This document shows positions 1 through 10,227 of a stretch of 64,000 nucleotides of DNA, piece by piece (positions within the stretch are counted from its first letter, which is position 1; each line of letters begins with the position of its first letter). Made by a program: the position numbers and the translations under genes. This DNA comes from an uncultured Chloroflexia bacterium (lineage in GTDB: Bacteria > Chloroflexota > Anaerolineae > CG2-30-64-16): the NCBI GenBank assembly GCA_963783655.1, contig CAWAOA010000011.1, positions 490,659 through 554,658 on the forward strand. The letters are read 5' to 3'. The notes below the pieces were generated by a model, which was given only the letters and a program-made list of their open reading frames with translations, had not been told where the DNA came from and did not search any database.

Positions 1-12
1 CGGCGGAGCGCG

Positions 13-1205
13 GTGGTGCCGGCCATCGCCGGCGTGGCTCTGGTGGCGGCGGCTCTGTTGATTGCCGTCAACGTGAACGTCCAGACGGTCCGGGCAGACA
101 CCTACTACAAGCAGGCGCTCGGGTACGAAGAGGCAAGCTCCTGGGATAATGCCACCTTCCTGTACCAGCTTTCGGCACAGCAGCAGCCCAATGAGGATTA
201 CTACTACCTGTTCCTGGGCCGCTCCTTGCTGGAGCTGGCGGCGCGCAACCGCCCCACCACCGGCCGCGGCTTCCGGCAGACGGTGGCACACGGCGACCCG
301 CAAGAAGCGCTTTCGCTGGCCGCCCGCGGCTCTGCAGTTGCGCAACCGCGAGGATCTGACGCGCGCTTCCCTGGCCGTCCTGCTGGCCGCGCAGCGGCTG
401 AATCCGCTGAACACCGATCACACGGCCAACCTCGCCCGGCTGTACCGGTCGTGGGCCTTCTCGAACGTCACGACCGCCGAATCCGGGAACAACGCCACAC
501 TCCGGCAACTGGCGCTCACCCGCCCGCAGGAGGTCGACGTCACGAAGCTGCAGCAGTCGATCCGCCACTATCAGGCCGCGCTCTCGTTGAGCGGGCACAA
601 CTCCGGGCTGTGGAATGAGTTGGCGGTGGTGCAGTTCGTCGCCAACGACGTGCAGGGCGCACTCGCCTCGCTGGACCGGTCGCAGCAGCTCGACGATCGC
701 TTCTACCAGACCTACGTGCTGCGCGGCGAGATCCTCGGCGACGGCGGCGACAAGGCGGGGGCGCTGGAAGCGTACCGCCAGGCGAACGAGCTGCGTCCCA
801 ACGACCCCAACGTCGTCAGCGCGATCGGGGTCTACAGCGCCCAATCCGGGGATATGGCCGGGGCGATCCAGGCGTTCGACCAGCTCATCGACGGCGGGAA
901 GCGGGCGCTGGCGGTAGTGCAGCGAGATCTGGCCGAATTCGACCAGGCCGCAACGCGCGCAGGCAGCGTGGCAGCGCTCGGCGCCGGCGCCCAGGGGCGG
1001 CGCGACCAGCTTCAGAGCGGCGGTGAACGCACAGAAGTCGCAGTTGCACCTGGCGTACCGCAACAAGGCCATCGTGCTGCGCGACGGCGGGTTGCTGGAC
1101 GATGCGATGGCGGCGGCGCAGCAGGCGCTTGCGCTCGCATCGGATGATCAGAGGGCGGTGACGGAGCAGTTGATCGCCGATCTGCAAAAGCGTAAGAGCG
1201 GATGA
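13..1205 (+). CDS. TPR-repeat protein, 5'-truncated by the window edge; reading passes through three frames
   Basis: TPR-like helical repeats ([25 protein letters not shown]; [28 protein letters not shown]) are split over ORFs 13..618, 149..1147 and 1023..1205. Frame changes near ~300-330 and ~1000-1030. Confidence 0.5.
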
Positions 1206-2215
1206 CCAGCTACGTTCTCATCCTCGTGAGCGCACTGTTGCTGGCTACCGCCGCCACGCCGCTGGCCCGCGCCACCGCTCGCCGGATCGGCGCGGTGGAT
1301 CTGCCAAGCGCCCGCAAGCAGCATCGCCTGGCCACCCCCCTGCTGGGCGGTGTGGCCATTTACCTGGCATTCATCGCGGCGCTGGCCATCGCCGGCGACA
1401 AGTTCTACGTCAACCAGGTCACCGGGATCTTCCTGGGGGCCACCGTCATGTCTGTGCTCGGTTTCTGGGACGACCGGCGCGGGCTCAGCCCGTGGGTCAA
1501 GCTGGCCGGGCAGTTTCTGGCCGCCGGGTTGCTGCCGCTGACGGGAGTCTCGATCGGGGTGCTGCCGCATCCGGCGCTGAACGTAGCCGCCACCGTCTTG
1601 GGCGTTGTCTTCATCACCAATTCCTTCAACTTGCTGGACAACATGGACGGGCTGAGCGGGGGTGTGGCCGCGATTTCGGCCATCTTCTTCCTGCTCTTCG
1701 CGGCCATGAGCGAGCAGTACCTGGTGGGGGCGCTCGCAGCGGCGCTGGTTGGGGCGTGCATCGGTTTCCTGCGGTACAACTTCAACCTGGCCAGCATCTT
1801 CATGGGCGACACCGGCAGCCTGTTTCTCGGGTATACCATCGCAGCGCTCGCCATCAAGCTGAGGTTTCCCGAGAATTCCGCCTTCGTCACCTGGATGGTG
1901 CCCGTCCTGGTGCTGGCGGTGCCCATCTTCGACAGCACGCTCGTGATCGTGTCGCGGCTCCGGCGCGGCCTGAACCCGCTCACCACGCCCGGCAAGGACC
2001 ACCTCAGCCACCGGCTGGCGCGCCTTACCGGCAGCCCGCGGGAAGCGGTGCTGATCTGCTACCTGTTCTCGGCCCTGGCCGGCGTTTTGGCGACCTTTGT
2101 CACAGAAGCAAGCCTCATCGAGGGCTACGCTGTCGGCGCCGCTGTGGCGACGGCCGGTATTTACGGAATCTGGATATTGGAGAGACCTCCCTTCGCAACA
2201 AGGAGTGAACATTGA
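1202..2215 (+). CDS. Glycosyltransferase family 4 (MraY/WecA-type undecaprenyl-phosphate sugar-phosphate transferase)
   Basis: 337-aa polytopic membrane ORF with [17 protein letters not shown] and [12 protein letters not shown] motifs. ATGA start/stop overlap with the upstream gene. Confidence 0.8.
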   Translation: MTSYVLILVSALLLATAATPLARATARRIGAVDLPSARKQHRLATPLLGGVAIYLAFIAALAIAGDKFYVNQVTGIFLGATVMSVLGFWDDRRGLSPWVKLAGQFLAAGLLPLTGVSIGVLPHPALNVAATVLGVVFITNSFNLLDNMDGLSGGVAAISAIFFLLFAAMSEQYLVGALAAALVGACIGFLRYNFNLASIFMGDTGSLFLGYTIAALAIKLRFPENSAFVTWMVPVLVLAVPIFDSTLVIVSRLRRGLNPLTTPGKDHLSHRLARLTGSPREAVLICYLFSALAGVLATFVTEASLIEGYAVGAAVATAGIYGIWILERPPFATRSEH

Positions 2216-3585
2216 ATCGCTATCGACTGATTTCCATCTCACTGCTGCTGGTGCTTCTGGCTGCCGGCTGCTCCGGCGGTACGGCTGCTCCGGCTCCGGC
2301 GGCGTCGCCCACCGCCCTCCTCTCCGCGCCTGTCGGGTCGACTGCGGCTGCTCCGGCGACGCGCGCGGCCACTGCGGCCGCCGCCGCATCCACCGGCTCG
2401 GGTCCTGTACCCGCCCCGCCCGCCGACAACAGCCGGCCACTGGCGAAAGTCCCTGCCGCGCAGCGTGCGAATCGCTTCAACGCCCCTGCTGCTACGGTGC
2501 TCAAGCAAGGCGTCGCATACGTCGCCACGATCGTTACCAGCAAGGGTAACATCGTAGCCGAGCTGTTCCCGGATACGCCGCTCAGCATGAGCAACTTCGT
2601 CACCCTGGCTCAGAACGGGTTCTACGACGGCCTTACTTTCCACCGCGTCGAGCCGAAGTTCGTCATCCAGGGCGGCGATCCGGCAGGAACCGGCGGCGGC
2701 GGCCCCGGCTACACCATTCCGGCGGAGATCAAACACAAGCACACGCGCGGCGCGCTGGCCTGGGCGCGTACCGGTGACCAGGTAAACCCGCAGCGGCGCT
2801 CGAGCGGCAGCCAGTTCTACGTCACCCTCGCCGAGCAGCCGGGCCTGGACAACCAGTACACGGTATTTGGGCAGGTGACCGAGGGAATGGATGTGGCAGC
2901 CAAGATCGCCGTGGGCGACACGATCGTCCGCGTCGACATTACCGAGGGTAAGAGCGCCGGTTTGCCGGGCGCAGCGGCATCGCCGGCCGCATCTCCGGCC
3001 GCTGCGACGCCCGCACCGGTAGTCACCCGCACGGCTCCGCCTGCCTCATCTGGCAATCGGCCGGTGGCAGCGATGCCCGTTGCCCAGCGGCACCAGCTCT
3101 ACACCGAACCCCCGGCTTTCAAGGTAGACCCGGCCAAGAAGTACCAGGCTTCCATTGCGACGAGCAAGGGCGAGATCGTGGCCGATCTGGATGCGGTGAA
3201 GGCGCCGGTGACGGTCAGCAACTTCGTCGCGCTGGCCAATCTTGGCTTCTACGACAACATGGAAGTCACCTTCTCCGACCCCACGCAATACGTGATCCTG
3301 GGCTCTCCCAACAAGCAGCCCGACAGCGACGTTGGCTACGCCATGGAAATCGAGGAGAGCGCGGACACCCCGGTGATCACCGGCACCCTGTCAGCGTATC
3401 CTGTCTTCGATCCGGCTACGGGGGATGCCAGGGCGAGTGGCAGCCTCGTCTTCATTGCGTTCTCCGACATGGGCGCCAGCGATGTCCCGCTCAACTCCTT
3501 CGGGACGGTTACGAGCGGTATCGACATTGCGCGCTCCCTGACCGACACGGACTTGATCACGAAGATCACCATCAGCGAGAAATAG
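2212..3585 (+). CDS. Lipoprotein with two cyclophilin-type PPIase domains (second domain degenerate)
   Basis: Lipobox-like N-terminus [12 protein letters not shown] and Ala/Pro linkers. Domain 1 has [25 protein letters not shown]. Domain 2 aligns but lacks the FHR/QGGD motif ([15 protein letters not shown]). Confidence 0.75.
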   Translation: MNRYRLISISLLLVLLAAGCSGGTAAPAPAASPTALLSAPVGSTAAAPATRAATAAAAASTGSGPVPAPPADNSRPLAKVPAAQRANRFNAPAATVLKQGVAYVATIVTSKGNIVAELFPDTPLSMSNFVTLAQNGFYDGLTFHRVEPKFVIQGGDPAGTGGGGPGYTIPAEIKHKHTRGALAWARTGDQVNPQRRSSGSQFYVTLAEQPGLDNQYTVFGQVTEGMDVAAKIAVGDTIVRVDITEGKSAGLPGAAASPAASPAAATPAPVVTRTAPPASSGNRPVAAMPVAQRHQLYTEPPAFKVDPAKKYQASIATSKGEIVADLDAVKAPVTVSNFVALANLGFYDNMEVTFSDPTQYVILGSPNKQPDSDVGYAMEIEESADTPVITGTLSAYPVFDPATGDARASGSLVFIAFSDMGASDVPLNSFGTVTSGIDIARSLTDTDLITKITISEK

Positions 3586-3595
3586 GAGTTCAACA

Positions 3596-4075
3596 GTGGC
3601 ACGCTACAGCACGCCGTTCGAAATGAAGATCGACACGAAGAAGCAGTACACCGCAACGATCGAGACCAACCGCGGCAACATCGTCCTCAAGCTCCATGCT
3701 ACCCAGGCGCCGCGCACCGTCAACAACTTCGTGTCCCTGGCCGAGGACGGCTACTACGACGGAGTCACCTTCCATCGCGTCCTCCCTGACTTCATGATCC
3801 AGGGTGGTGACCCCACGGGCACCGGCCGGGGAGGGCCCGGCTACACCTTCAAGGATGAGTTCACGCCCGAGCTGAAACACGACAAGCCGGGTGTCCTGTC
3901 GATGGCCAATGCGGGCGCGAACACCAACGGCAGCCAGTTCTTCATCACCCACGTCCCCACTCCGTGGCTCGACGGCAAGCACAGCGTCTTCGGGCAGGTA
4001 ACCGAGGGGCAGGATGTGGTGAATGCGATTCAACAAGGAGATGTGATCCTCTCGCTGCGCATCGCGGCCAAGTAA
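3596..4075 (+). CDS. Peptidyl-prolyl cis-trans isomerase, cyclophilin type
   Basis: 159 aa with [31 protein letters not shown] and [15 protein letters not shown] signatures. Confidence 0.9.
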   Translation: MARYSTPFEMKIDTKKQYTATIETNRGNIVLKLHATQAPRTVNNFVSLAEDGYYDGVTFHRVLPDFMIQGGDPTGTGRGGPGYTFKDEFTPELKHDKPGVLSMANAGANTNGSQFFITHVPTPWLDGKHSVFGQVTEGQDVVNAIQQGDVILSLRIAAK

Positions 4076-4076
4076 T

Positions 4077-4715
4077 ATGGATTCTGCACCGGCGGGCGGG
4101 ACGCCGCCCGCCCCACCCCCACCCGCAGTCCGGTCTGGATTGCAGCGCTGGCGACAGTTCCTCACGCGTCCTGCTACCCAACGCTGGCTGGCGCTCACGC
4201 TCGTCGTCGCCATCACGATCGCGATCCTGATGTCGCACGAGAAGCTGGGGCAGTTGGGCAGCTATGGCTATCCCGGCCTCTTCCTGATCAGCCTGATCGG
4301 GAATGCCACGATCGTGCTCCCGGCGCCCAGCCTGGCGCTGGTATTCGCAATCGGGGCGAGCTTCTCCCCGCCGCTGGTGGGACTCGCGGCGGGGTCGGGT
4401 GAGACGCTGGGGGAATTGACCGGCTATCTGGCCGGCTTCTCCGGGCGCGGCATTATCGAAAACGGAGAACAGTACCGCCGGATCGAGCGCTGGATGAAAC
4501 GCTACGGCCTGTGGGTGATCTTCGTGCTCAGCGCGGTCCCCAATCCCTTTTTCGACATTGCCGGCATGGCGGCGGGGGTGATGAAGATCCCGGTCGGTCG
4601 CTTCCTGCTCGCTGCATTTCCCGGCAAGTTCATCAAGACCATGGCGGCTGCCTATCTGGGAGCGCATGCCATCACACTGATTGACCTGATCCAAAGTCTG
4701 TTCCGGCCGCGATAG
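4077..4715 (+). CDS. YqaA/DedA-type (SNARE-associated) membrane protein
   Basis: 212 aa, multi-TM, with motifs GNATIVLPAPS and SAVPNPFFDIAGMAAG. Confidence 0.65.
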   Translation: MDSAPAGGTPPAPPPPAVRSGLQRWRQFLTRPATQRWLALTLVVAITIAILMSHEKLGQLGSYGYPGLFLISLIGNATIVLPAPSLALVFAIGASFSPPLVGLAAGSGETLGELTGYLAGFSGRGIIENGEQYRRIERWMKRYGLWVIFVLSAVPNPFFDIAGMAAGVMKIPVGRFLLAAFPGKFIKTMAAAYLGAHAITLIDLIQSLFRPR

Positions 4716-4727
4716 GGTTCTTGTCGT

Positions 4728-5618
4728 ATGTTTGAGCTGATCTTCCTGGGCACCTCAGCGTCGGCGCCGTCCGTACGGCGTGGCCTGCCCTCTGCCATCC
4801 TTTCCCACAAGGAGTACCGCTTCCTGATCGACTGCGGCGAAGGGACGCAGCGCCAGATCCTGCGCAGCGGAGTCGGCTTCAAGCGGCTGGACCGCATCCT
4901 CCTCACCCATGGCCACCTCGACCACATCCTGGGGCTGGGTGGACTGGCATCTACCTTTGGCCGGTGGGAGGCGATGGACTCCATGGAGATCTACGGCGGG
5001 CATTGGGCGCTCGCCCGGGTGCGTGACCTGATGCGCGTGGTGTTCGGGACGGGGGAGCCGCGGCTGCGCATGGCCTACCACGCGATCTCTCCGGGCGTTC
5101 TGCTCGAAGACGACACCTTCCGCCTGCGCGCCTTTCCGGTGGATCACCGCGGCGCCGAATCGTTCGGTTTCAGCTTCGAGGAGAAGGCGCGCCGCCCTTT
5201 TCTGTCGGATCGAGCCGAGGCTTTGGGGGTGCCACCGGGGCCGGTGCGCCGCCAACTCGTGAACGGTGAGAGTGTGACGCTGCCCGACGGGCGCACCATC
5301 CACCCGGATGAAGTGCTCGGCGAGCAAGTGCCCGGGGCGCGGGTGGTGTTCGTCGGAGACGCGGGGCGCACGGACAACCTTTTGGCAGAGGCGAGCGGGG
5401 CCGATCTGCTCGCGATCGAAGCGACGTATACCGACGAAGAGCGGGACGTGGCGGCTGACTACGGTCACCTTACGGCATCACAAGGCGCCCGCCTTGCCGT
5501 CGAAGCCGGCGCCCGAGCGCTGGTGCTGCATCACGTGTCGCGCCGTTATTCCAGCCAGCAGATCCTGGACGAGGCGTGCGCCATCTTTCCCGGCGCCTAC
5601 GTAGCGCCGCGACTTTGA
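4728..5618 (+). CDS. rnz: Ribonuclease Z (metallo-beta-lactamase fold)
   Basis: [16 protein letters not shown]-terminus and [15 protein letters not shown] histidine motif; 296 aa. Confidence 0.85.
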   Translation: MFELIFLGTSASAPSVRRGLPSAILSHKEYRFLIDCGEGTQRQILRSGVGFKRLDRILLTHGHLDHILGLGGLASTFGRWEAMDSMEIYGGHWALARVRDLMRVVFGTGEPRLRMAYHAISPGVLLEDDTFRLRAFPVDHRGAESFGFSFEEKARRPFLSDRAEALGVPPGPVRRQLVNGESVTLPDGRTIHPDEVLGEQVPGARVVFVGDAGRTDNLLAEASGADLLAIEATYTDEERDVAADYGHLTASQGARLAVEAGARALVLHHVSRRYSSQQILDEACAIFPGAYVAPRL

Positions 5619-5773
5619 TCTGTTTCGCGTAGTGAAGCAGAAGCCCCTCGAACGGGAGGACGTGCGCGACCGCCCGGCGCCCCCCAGCGAAGAGAGACCC
5701 GACCGCTGACCGGCGAAGGCAGTTGGCCGGCAGAGCGGCGTCCTCACCTGCACTTGCAGTGACAGGTGCAAGT

Positions 5774-5934
5774 GTCGTCAGGCTCAGGATGGAGTCGATG
5801 GATGTAGGTATCGATGTGAGGGGCGCTGTCGAGGGGTAGCGCTAGATTCGGCCACCCAAGAGCGGGGTTCCTGAACAGCACCATTCGCACCGCTGTCAAC
5901 CCCCAACTACTCCATCCTGAGCCTGACGAAGGAC
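5774..5934. repeat. Palindromic repeat family 1, copy A (5'-truncated)
   Basis: gtcgtcaggctcaggatggag ... ctccatcctgagcctgacgaaggac. Inverted termini, and the internal sequence aligns with copies B and C. Confidence 0.85.
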
Positions 5935-5956
5935 CGGCGCTGCGGCGTGCAGTTGC

Positions 5957-6180
5957 TTCAATGCGAATTGGCTCGCGCGACCGGCGTCCTTCGTCAGGCT
6001 CAGGATGGAGGCGATAGGTATGAACGTCGATGCGAGCGGTTCTGTCAAGGGGTAGCGCCAGTTCCTGCCAGCCAAGTGCGGGGTTCCTGCACAGACATCA
6101 CTGGCACCGCTGCTAACCCCCAACAACTCCATCCTGAGCTTGACGAAGGACGCCCCGTTGGCCATTCAACCCCCATCGAA
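5957..6180. repeat. Palindromic repeat family 1, copy B (MITE-like, ~225 bp)
   Basis: Core 5983-6153 is bounded by ggcgtccttcgtcaggctcaggatggag and ctccatcctgagcttgacgaaggacgcc. The outer arms (ttcaatgcgaattgg / ccattcaacccccatcgaa) are also partly complementary. Confidence 0.85.
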
Positions 6181-6207
6181 GCACGCTCGGTGCAGCACGG
6201 ACTCACT

Positions 6208-6534
6208 TCACCGTGTGCCCTTTGTTGACCTTCCCTCACCTGGCGCGTGCGAGGCACTCAACTCCTGCAGCGCCTGCTGGTCACCCCGCATCAGCGCTTC
6301 CTTCTTGGCGCGCGACCAGCCCTTGACCTGCCGCTCGCACTCGAAGGCTTGCCACAATGTCGGGAACTCCTGCGCCCACAGCAGCGTGACGGGCAGGCGC
6401 TGGCGCGTGTAGTCGCCGCCCTCGCCGGCCGCATGGGCGGCCAGCCGCTGCTCGAGATCCGAGGTGGAGCCGACATAGTAGGAGCCGTCGCAGCAGCGCA
6501 GGATGTAGAGCCAACCCTTGGCGGTGAGTCTCAT
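6208..6534 (-). CDS. GIY-YIG nuclease family protein (small stand-alone type)
   Basis: 108 aa with WLYILRCCDGSYYVGSTSDLEQRLAAH and ERQVKGWSRAKKEALM, the typical GIY-YIG core. Confidence 0.8.
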   Translation of the reverse strand: MRLTAKGWLYILRCCDGSYYVGSTSDLEQRLAAHAAGEGGDYTRQRLPVTLLWAQEFPTLWQAFECERQVKGWSRAKKEALMRGDQQALQELSASHAPGEGRSTKGTR

Positions 6535-6583
6535 GGTAAGGGGAGTGCCTCAGTTGGGTTCGATGGGAGTGGTCTTGCCACGG

Positions 6584-6641
6584 GGCGTGCTCACCTGCAC
6601 TTGCACCTGCGATGCGCAGGCGCAGTGCAGGTGAGCACGCC
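6584..6641. repeat. Perfect 18-bp-stem hairpin upstream of the GIY-YIG gene
   Basis: ggcgtgctcacctgcact ... agtgcaggtgagcacgcc with an inner cctgcg/cgcagg stem. The motif ctcacctgcacttgca recurs at ~5746. Confidence 0.7.
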
Positions 6642-6660
6642 CCAGCGCAGCGCGGTCGCC

Positions 6661-6884
6661 ATCGATGCGGGTTGGCTTGCCAACGGCGTCCTTCGTCAGG
6701 CTCAGGATGGAGTTGTTGATTGTAGGCGACGATGTGAGTGGTTCTGTCGAGGGGTAGCGCTAGTTTCTGCCACCCAAGTGCGGGGTCCCTGCACAGCACC
6801 ATTCGCACCGCTGTTAACCCCTAACAACTCCATCCTGAGCCTGACGAAGGACGCCCGTCTACCCAAGCCAACTCCGCATCGACG
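6661..6884. repeat. Palindromic repeat family 1, copy C
   Basis: Core 6685-6855 has the same 28-nt inverted termini as copy B, in the same orientation. Outer arms atcgatgcgggttggcttgccaac / gtctacccaagccaactccgcatcgac are complementary. Confidence 0.85.
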
Positions 6885-6915
6885 GCAAAACCGGAGCCGC
6901 GCGCGCTCCCGGCTC

Positions 6916-7161
6916 CTACTCTGCCGGCGGGGGGACCGGCAGCGCGTCGACCTCTGTCCCCTTCCACTTGTCTCCATATTCGATCAGCAGATAAGGGATG
7001 TCGTCCACCACGGGGTATTTGCGCCCGCAGTCTGGCTCCTGGCACACCAGCCAGCTCTCCCGCACGTAGCTCAACACGCCGGGGTTGGGACCGGGGCGAC
7101 GCGTGGGACCGGTGACGCAATGCGGGCAGCGCAGAATCTCGAGGACATCCTGGGACAACAT
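6916..7161 (-). CDS. Trm112-family small zinc-ribbon protein
   Basis: 81 aa with LEILRCPHC ... LVCQEPDCGRKYPVVDDIPYLL, the typical Trm112/UPF0434 pattern. Confidence 0.75.
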   Translation of the reverse strand: MLSQDVLEILRCPHCVTGPTRRPGPNPGVLSYVRESWLVCQEPDCGRKYPVVDDIPYLLIEYGDKWKGTEVDALPVPPPAE

Positions 7162-7321
7162 GGCAACGCTCCTGGCCGTTTTGATGAGTATTTCGCTATT
7201 CTATCCGCTCCCAACCGCGAGGGCAAGCACCGCCGTTCTTGTGCGGGGCGTATCGCATGGTGGGGACCACATGCATTGTAGGGGCTGACCGCGCACGGGC
7301 TCCCTGCGCATGGCCGGTCCC

Positions 7322-7700
7322 GGGACAGCTTCAACGCCAAGACGCCAAGACGCAAAGGCCGGGAGACGCAAAGGCTTCCGCGGGGCAAGCGGCTCGGGGT
7401 GTCCCCCCACCCGAACCGGAGGCTAGCCCCTTGTGGGCGCACCTGCCCCCCCACGGCACTGCGCCGGCAGCGCCGGGGCAAGTGTGCCGGGCAGGCACGG
7501 GGTGTTGGTCGCGGCGCGGTTTCCTTAACCCGTCCGCGCCGCATCCCGACGCCCCACAAGGGGGCTACACTACGGGTAACGAGGGGCGGTCGCGTTGCGG
7601 GACGCCGCAGCCCGGCCGCCCTGCGACCCCCATCGGAGGCCAGCGTCCCCTTGCGTCTCCCAGCCTTTGCGTCTTTGCGCCTTTGCGTTGAAGCTGTCCC
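7322..7700. repeat. ~380-bp nested inverted-repeat element (family 2)
   Basis: ~53-nt imperfect terminal inverted repeats rich in gacgcaaagg / cctttgcgtc. An inner pair is ccggaggctagccccttgtgggcg / cgccccacaagggggctac. Shares gccccttgtgggcg..gttggtcgcggcgcgg with 49212-49739. Confidence 0.75.
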
Positions 7701-8030
7701 ATGGCCACGACCCGCCGCCTGCGGAGCGCGCCCCGGCGGTACGCGCGGTCATCCTGCAGGTGGTACGTGCGATGCGACAGGGCGAAGCACCGGCAACCCA
7801 CACGTCTCGCCCCGCGCGCAGCCAGCCGGTGCTTCGCCCCTACAATGCGCCGCGCCGCGCTATTCTCGGCGTAGAAAGGGGCGCGTCTTCTTGCTCCCCG
7901 CATTTCTCTATGGTAGACTTCTCTTTCGGGCCTTGTGCCCATATCCTACACGCCTGCGCGCAGGTTGGCCGTGCCTGCCGGGTCCCAACCATTGGCGCAG
8001 TGCGGAAGTACGAACGGAAAGAGGGGTTCT

Positions 8031-8876
8031 GTGTCTGTTATCTCTATGAAGGCTCTGCTGGAAGCCGGTGTGCATTTTGGCCATCGCACTCGTCGTTGGC
8101 ACCCGAAGATGCGCACCTTCATTTTCACCGAGCGAAACGGCATCCACATCATTGACCTGCAGCAGACGATGCGGCAGGTAAACGTGTCTTTCAATATCGT
8201 CCGGGACATCGTGCGCGACGGCGGCCTGGTCCTCTTTGTCGGGACCAAGAAGCAGGCGCAAGATACGATCCGCACCGAGGCCGATCGCTGCGGCATGCCT
8301 TACATCACGCAGCGGTGGCTGGGCGGCACGCTGACCAACTTCCGCACCATCCGCCAGCGCGTGGAGCATATGGTGGAGCTGGAGCGACGCCGCGATCGCG
8401 GTGAGTTGGACCGGCTGCCGAAGAAGGAAGCGCTGCTGCTCAACAACGACCTGGCGCGGCTGAATGTGCGCCTGGGCGGCCTGCGCAACATGTCGCACCT
8501 GCCCGACGTACTGTTCATCGTGGACGTGCAGCGCGAGTCGCTCGCAGTGTTCGAGGCGGGCAAGCTCAAAATCCCGGTCGTGGCAATGGTTGACACCAAC
8601 TGCGATCCGGATCCAATCACCTACCCCATCCCGTCGAATGACGACGCCATCCGCGCTATCAAGTTGATGGCCGGCAAGATGGCCGACGCCGTGATCGAGG
8701 GCTTGAACTTGCGGACTATCGACGAGGCCGACCGTGCAGCCGAGCAGAAGCCGGCGGAGCCGGCCGAGCCGGAGCTCGAGGCCGAAGAGTCTGAGCCCGA
8801 GCGCGGTGTTGATGAGTACCTGGGTCCCTCCACGTTGAAGAACCTGGAAGTAATCGGCGGCGAACCCGAAGAATAG
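8031..8876 (+). CDS. rpsB: 30S ribosomal protein S2
   Basis: [22 protein letters not shown] and the rest of the S2 core, with an acidic C-terminal tail. Start is GTG 8031 or ATG 8046. Confidence 0.92.
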   Translation: MSVISMKALLEAGVHFGHRTRRWHPKMRTFIFTERNGIHIIDLQQTMRQVNVSFNIVRDIVRDGGLVLFVGTKKQAQDTIRTEADRCGMPYITQRWLGGTLTNFRTIRQRVEHMVELERRRDRGELDRLPKKEALLLNNDLARLNVRLGGLRNMSHLPDVLFIVDVQRESLAVFEAGKLKIPVVAMVDTNCDPDPITYPIPSNDDAIRAIKLMAGKMADAVIEGLNLRTIDEADRAAEQKPAEPAEPELEAEESEPERGVDEYLGPSTLKNLEVIGGEPEE

Positions 8877-8976
8877 ACCGTTCGTGAGAGGGGCGTGGTA
8901 CGTGGGCAGGCCGCGCACCGCGCCCCTTACGCGAGCGTCACTGGTAATGTACCTCTAGCAGTAACAGGAGCAGATT

Positions 8977-9564
8977 GTGACTATCACGGCTGACATGGTG
9001 AAGGAACTGCGCAACACAACCGGCGCAGGTGTTTTGGATTGCCGGAAGGCACTGGAGACCGCCGGTGGGGACGTCGCCAAGGCTACCGAGATCCTGCGTG
9101 AGAAGGGCCTGTCGGTTGCCGCAAAGAAGGCGGACCGCGAGACCAAGGAAGGGCTGATCGGCAACTATGTCCACACGGGCAGCAAGGTTGCCGCGCTGGT
9201 CGAGGTAAACTGCGAAAGCGACTTCGTCGCCCGCACGGCAGACTTCCAGGCACTCGTGCGTGACCTGGCCATGCAGGTCGTCGCCACCCGGCCCAACTAC
9301 GTTGGCCGCGAGGACGTACCGGCAGATGTGCTGGAAGCTCAGCGCGCCGAAGCTCGCGAGCAGGCGGCAGGCAAGCCGGCCGAGGTGCTCGCGCGCATCG
9401 TCGAGGGCAAGCTGGAGAAGTTTTACGAAGAGAACTGCCTGCTCGAGCAGCCGTTCATCAAGGATGAGTCGTTGAAGGTCAAGAGCCTGGTGACCGCAAC
9501 GATTGCCAAGATGGGTGAGAACATCGTTGTCCGCCGCTTTGCACGTATGGAGGTCGGCGGCTGA
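8977..9564 (+). CDS. tsf: Elongation factor Ts (short ~195-aa form)
   Basis: [45 protein letters not shown]-like N-terminus. GTG start with AGGAG 7 nt upstream. Confidence 0.9.
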   Translation: MTITADMVKELRNTTGAGVLDCRKALETAGGDVAKATEILREKGLSVAAKKADRETKEGLIGNYVHTGSKVAALVEVNCESDFVARTADFQALVRDLAMQVVATRPNYVGREDVPADVLEAQRAEAREQAAGKPAEVLARIVEGKLEKFYEENCLLEQPFIKDESLKVKSLVTATIAKMGENIVVRRFARMEVGG

Positions 9565-9603
9565 GTAACACCGAAGAACCGTGCCACATCAGGAGGTAAG
9601 GCG

Positions 9604-10161
9604 ATGCTCAAAGACGTGCTGAAAGAAGCCAAGGAGCGGATGGACAAGACCATCGAGGCTCTGCAGGCTGACCTGCGCTCCATTCGCACCGGCCGGGCGT
9701 CGCCCGCCCTGATCGAACGCCTCAACGTGGATTACTACGGCTCCGCGACCCCGCTCAACCAGCTGGCCGGCATCTCTGTGCCTGAGCCGCGCCTGCTGAT
9801 GATCCGCCCGTGGGATCGCTCGACCATCGGCATCATCGAGAAGGCGATCTTGAAGTCGGACCTCGGGATGACGCCGACGAACGACGGCCAGGCAATCCGG
9901 CTGAAGGTTCCCGAGCTGACCGAGGAGCGCCGCCGGGATCTGACCAAGGTGGTGGCGCGGCGGGTGGAAGAGGCGCGCGTGGCGGTACGAAACATCCGCC
10001 GGGACGGGATTGACATGCTGCGCGATCTGGAAAAGGAGAAGCTGATTGACGAGGATCAGCTCTTCGAGGGCCGCGAGGAGATCCAAAAGCTCACCGATCA
10101 GTATATCAAGGAAGTCGACGAGATCGGCCGGGCCAAAGAGGCGGAAATCCTGGAGCGTTGA
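9604..10161 (+). CDS. frr: Ribosome recycling factor
   Basis: 185 aa with [27 protein letters not shown] ... [13 protein letters not shown]. Confidence 0.92.
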   Translation: MLKDVLKEAKERMDKTIEALQADLRSIRTGRASPALIERLNVDYYGSATPLNQLAGISVPEPRLLMIRPWDRSTIGIIEKAILKSDLGMTPTNDGQAIRLKVPELTEERRRDLTKVVARRVEEARVAVRNIRRDGIDMLRDLEKEKLIDEDQLFEGREEIQKLTDQYIKEVDEIGRAKEAEILER

Positions 10162-10176
10162 TACAACCCAGAATGA

Positions 10177-10205
10177 GGGGCCGGGCTGACCGGCCCCTTT
10201 GCCTT
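10177..10205 (+). terminator. Rho-independent-type terminator after frr
   Basis: ggggccgg-gctga-ccggcccc stem-loop followed by tttgcctttg. Confidence 0.55.
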
Positions 10206-10227
10206 TGAGTAGTGGTGAGGACAGTAC

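Noticed and set aside
68-2440. Long antisense or overlapping ORFs, such as 68..1072(-), 885..1187(-), 1148..2440(-). Similar ones occur throughout: 14448..15815(-), 23655..25037(+), 22707..23648(+), 43685..45373(+), 45541..46800(+), 55714..56718(-).
   Set aside because: - They overlap well-supported genes on the opposite strand or in another frame.
- They are extremely Arg/Pro/Gly/Ala-rich, with no recognisable motifs.
- This is the expected stop-codon-poor noise of high-GC DNA.
5774-7700. A possible CRISPR array, suggested by the many repeated sequences.
   Set aside because: The repeats are 160-380 bp, internally palindromic and irregularly spaced. There are no short direct repeats with uniform unique spacers, and no cas genes in the window.
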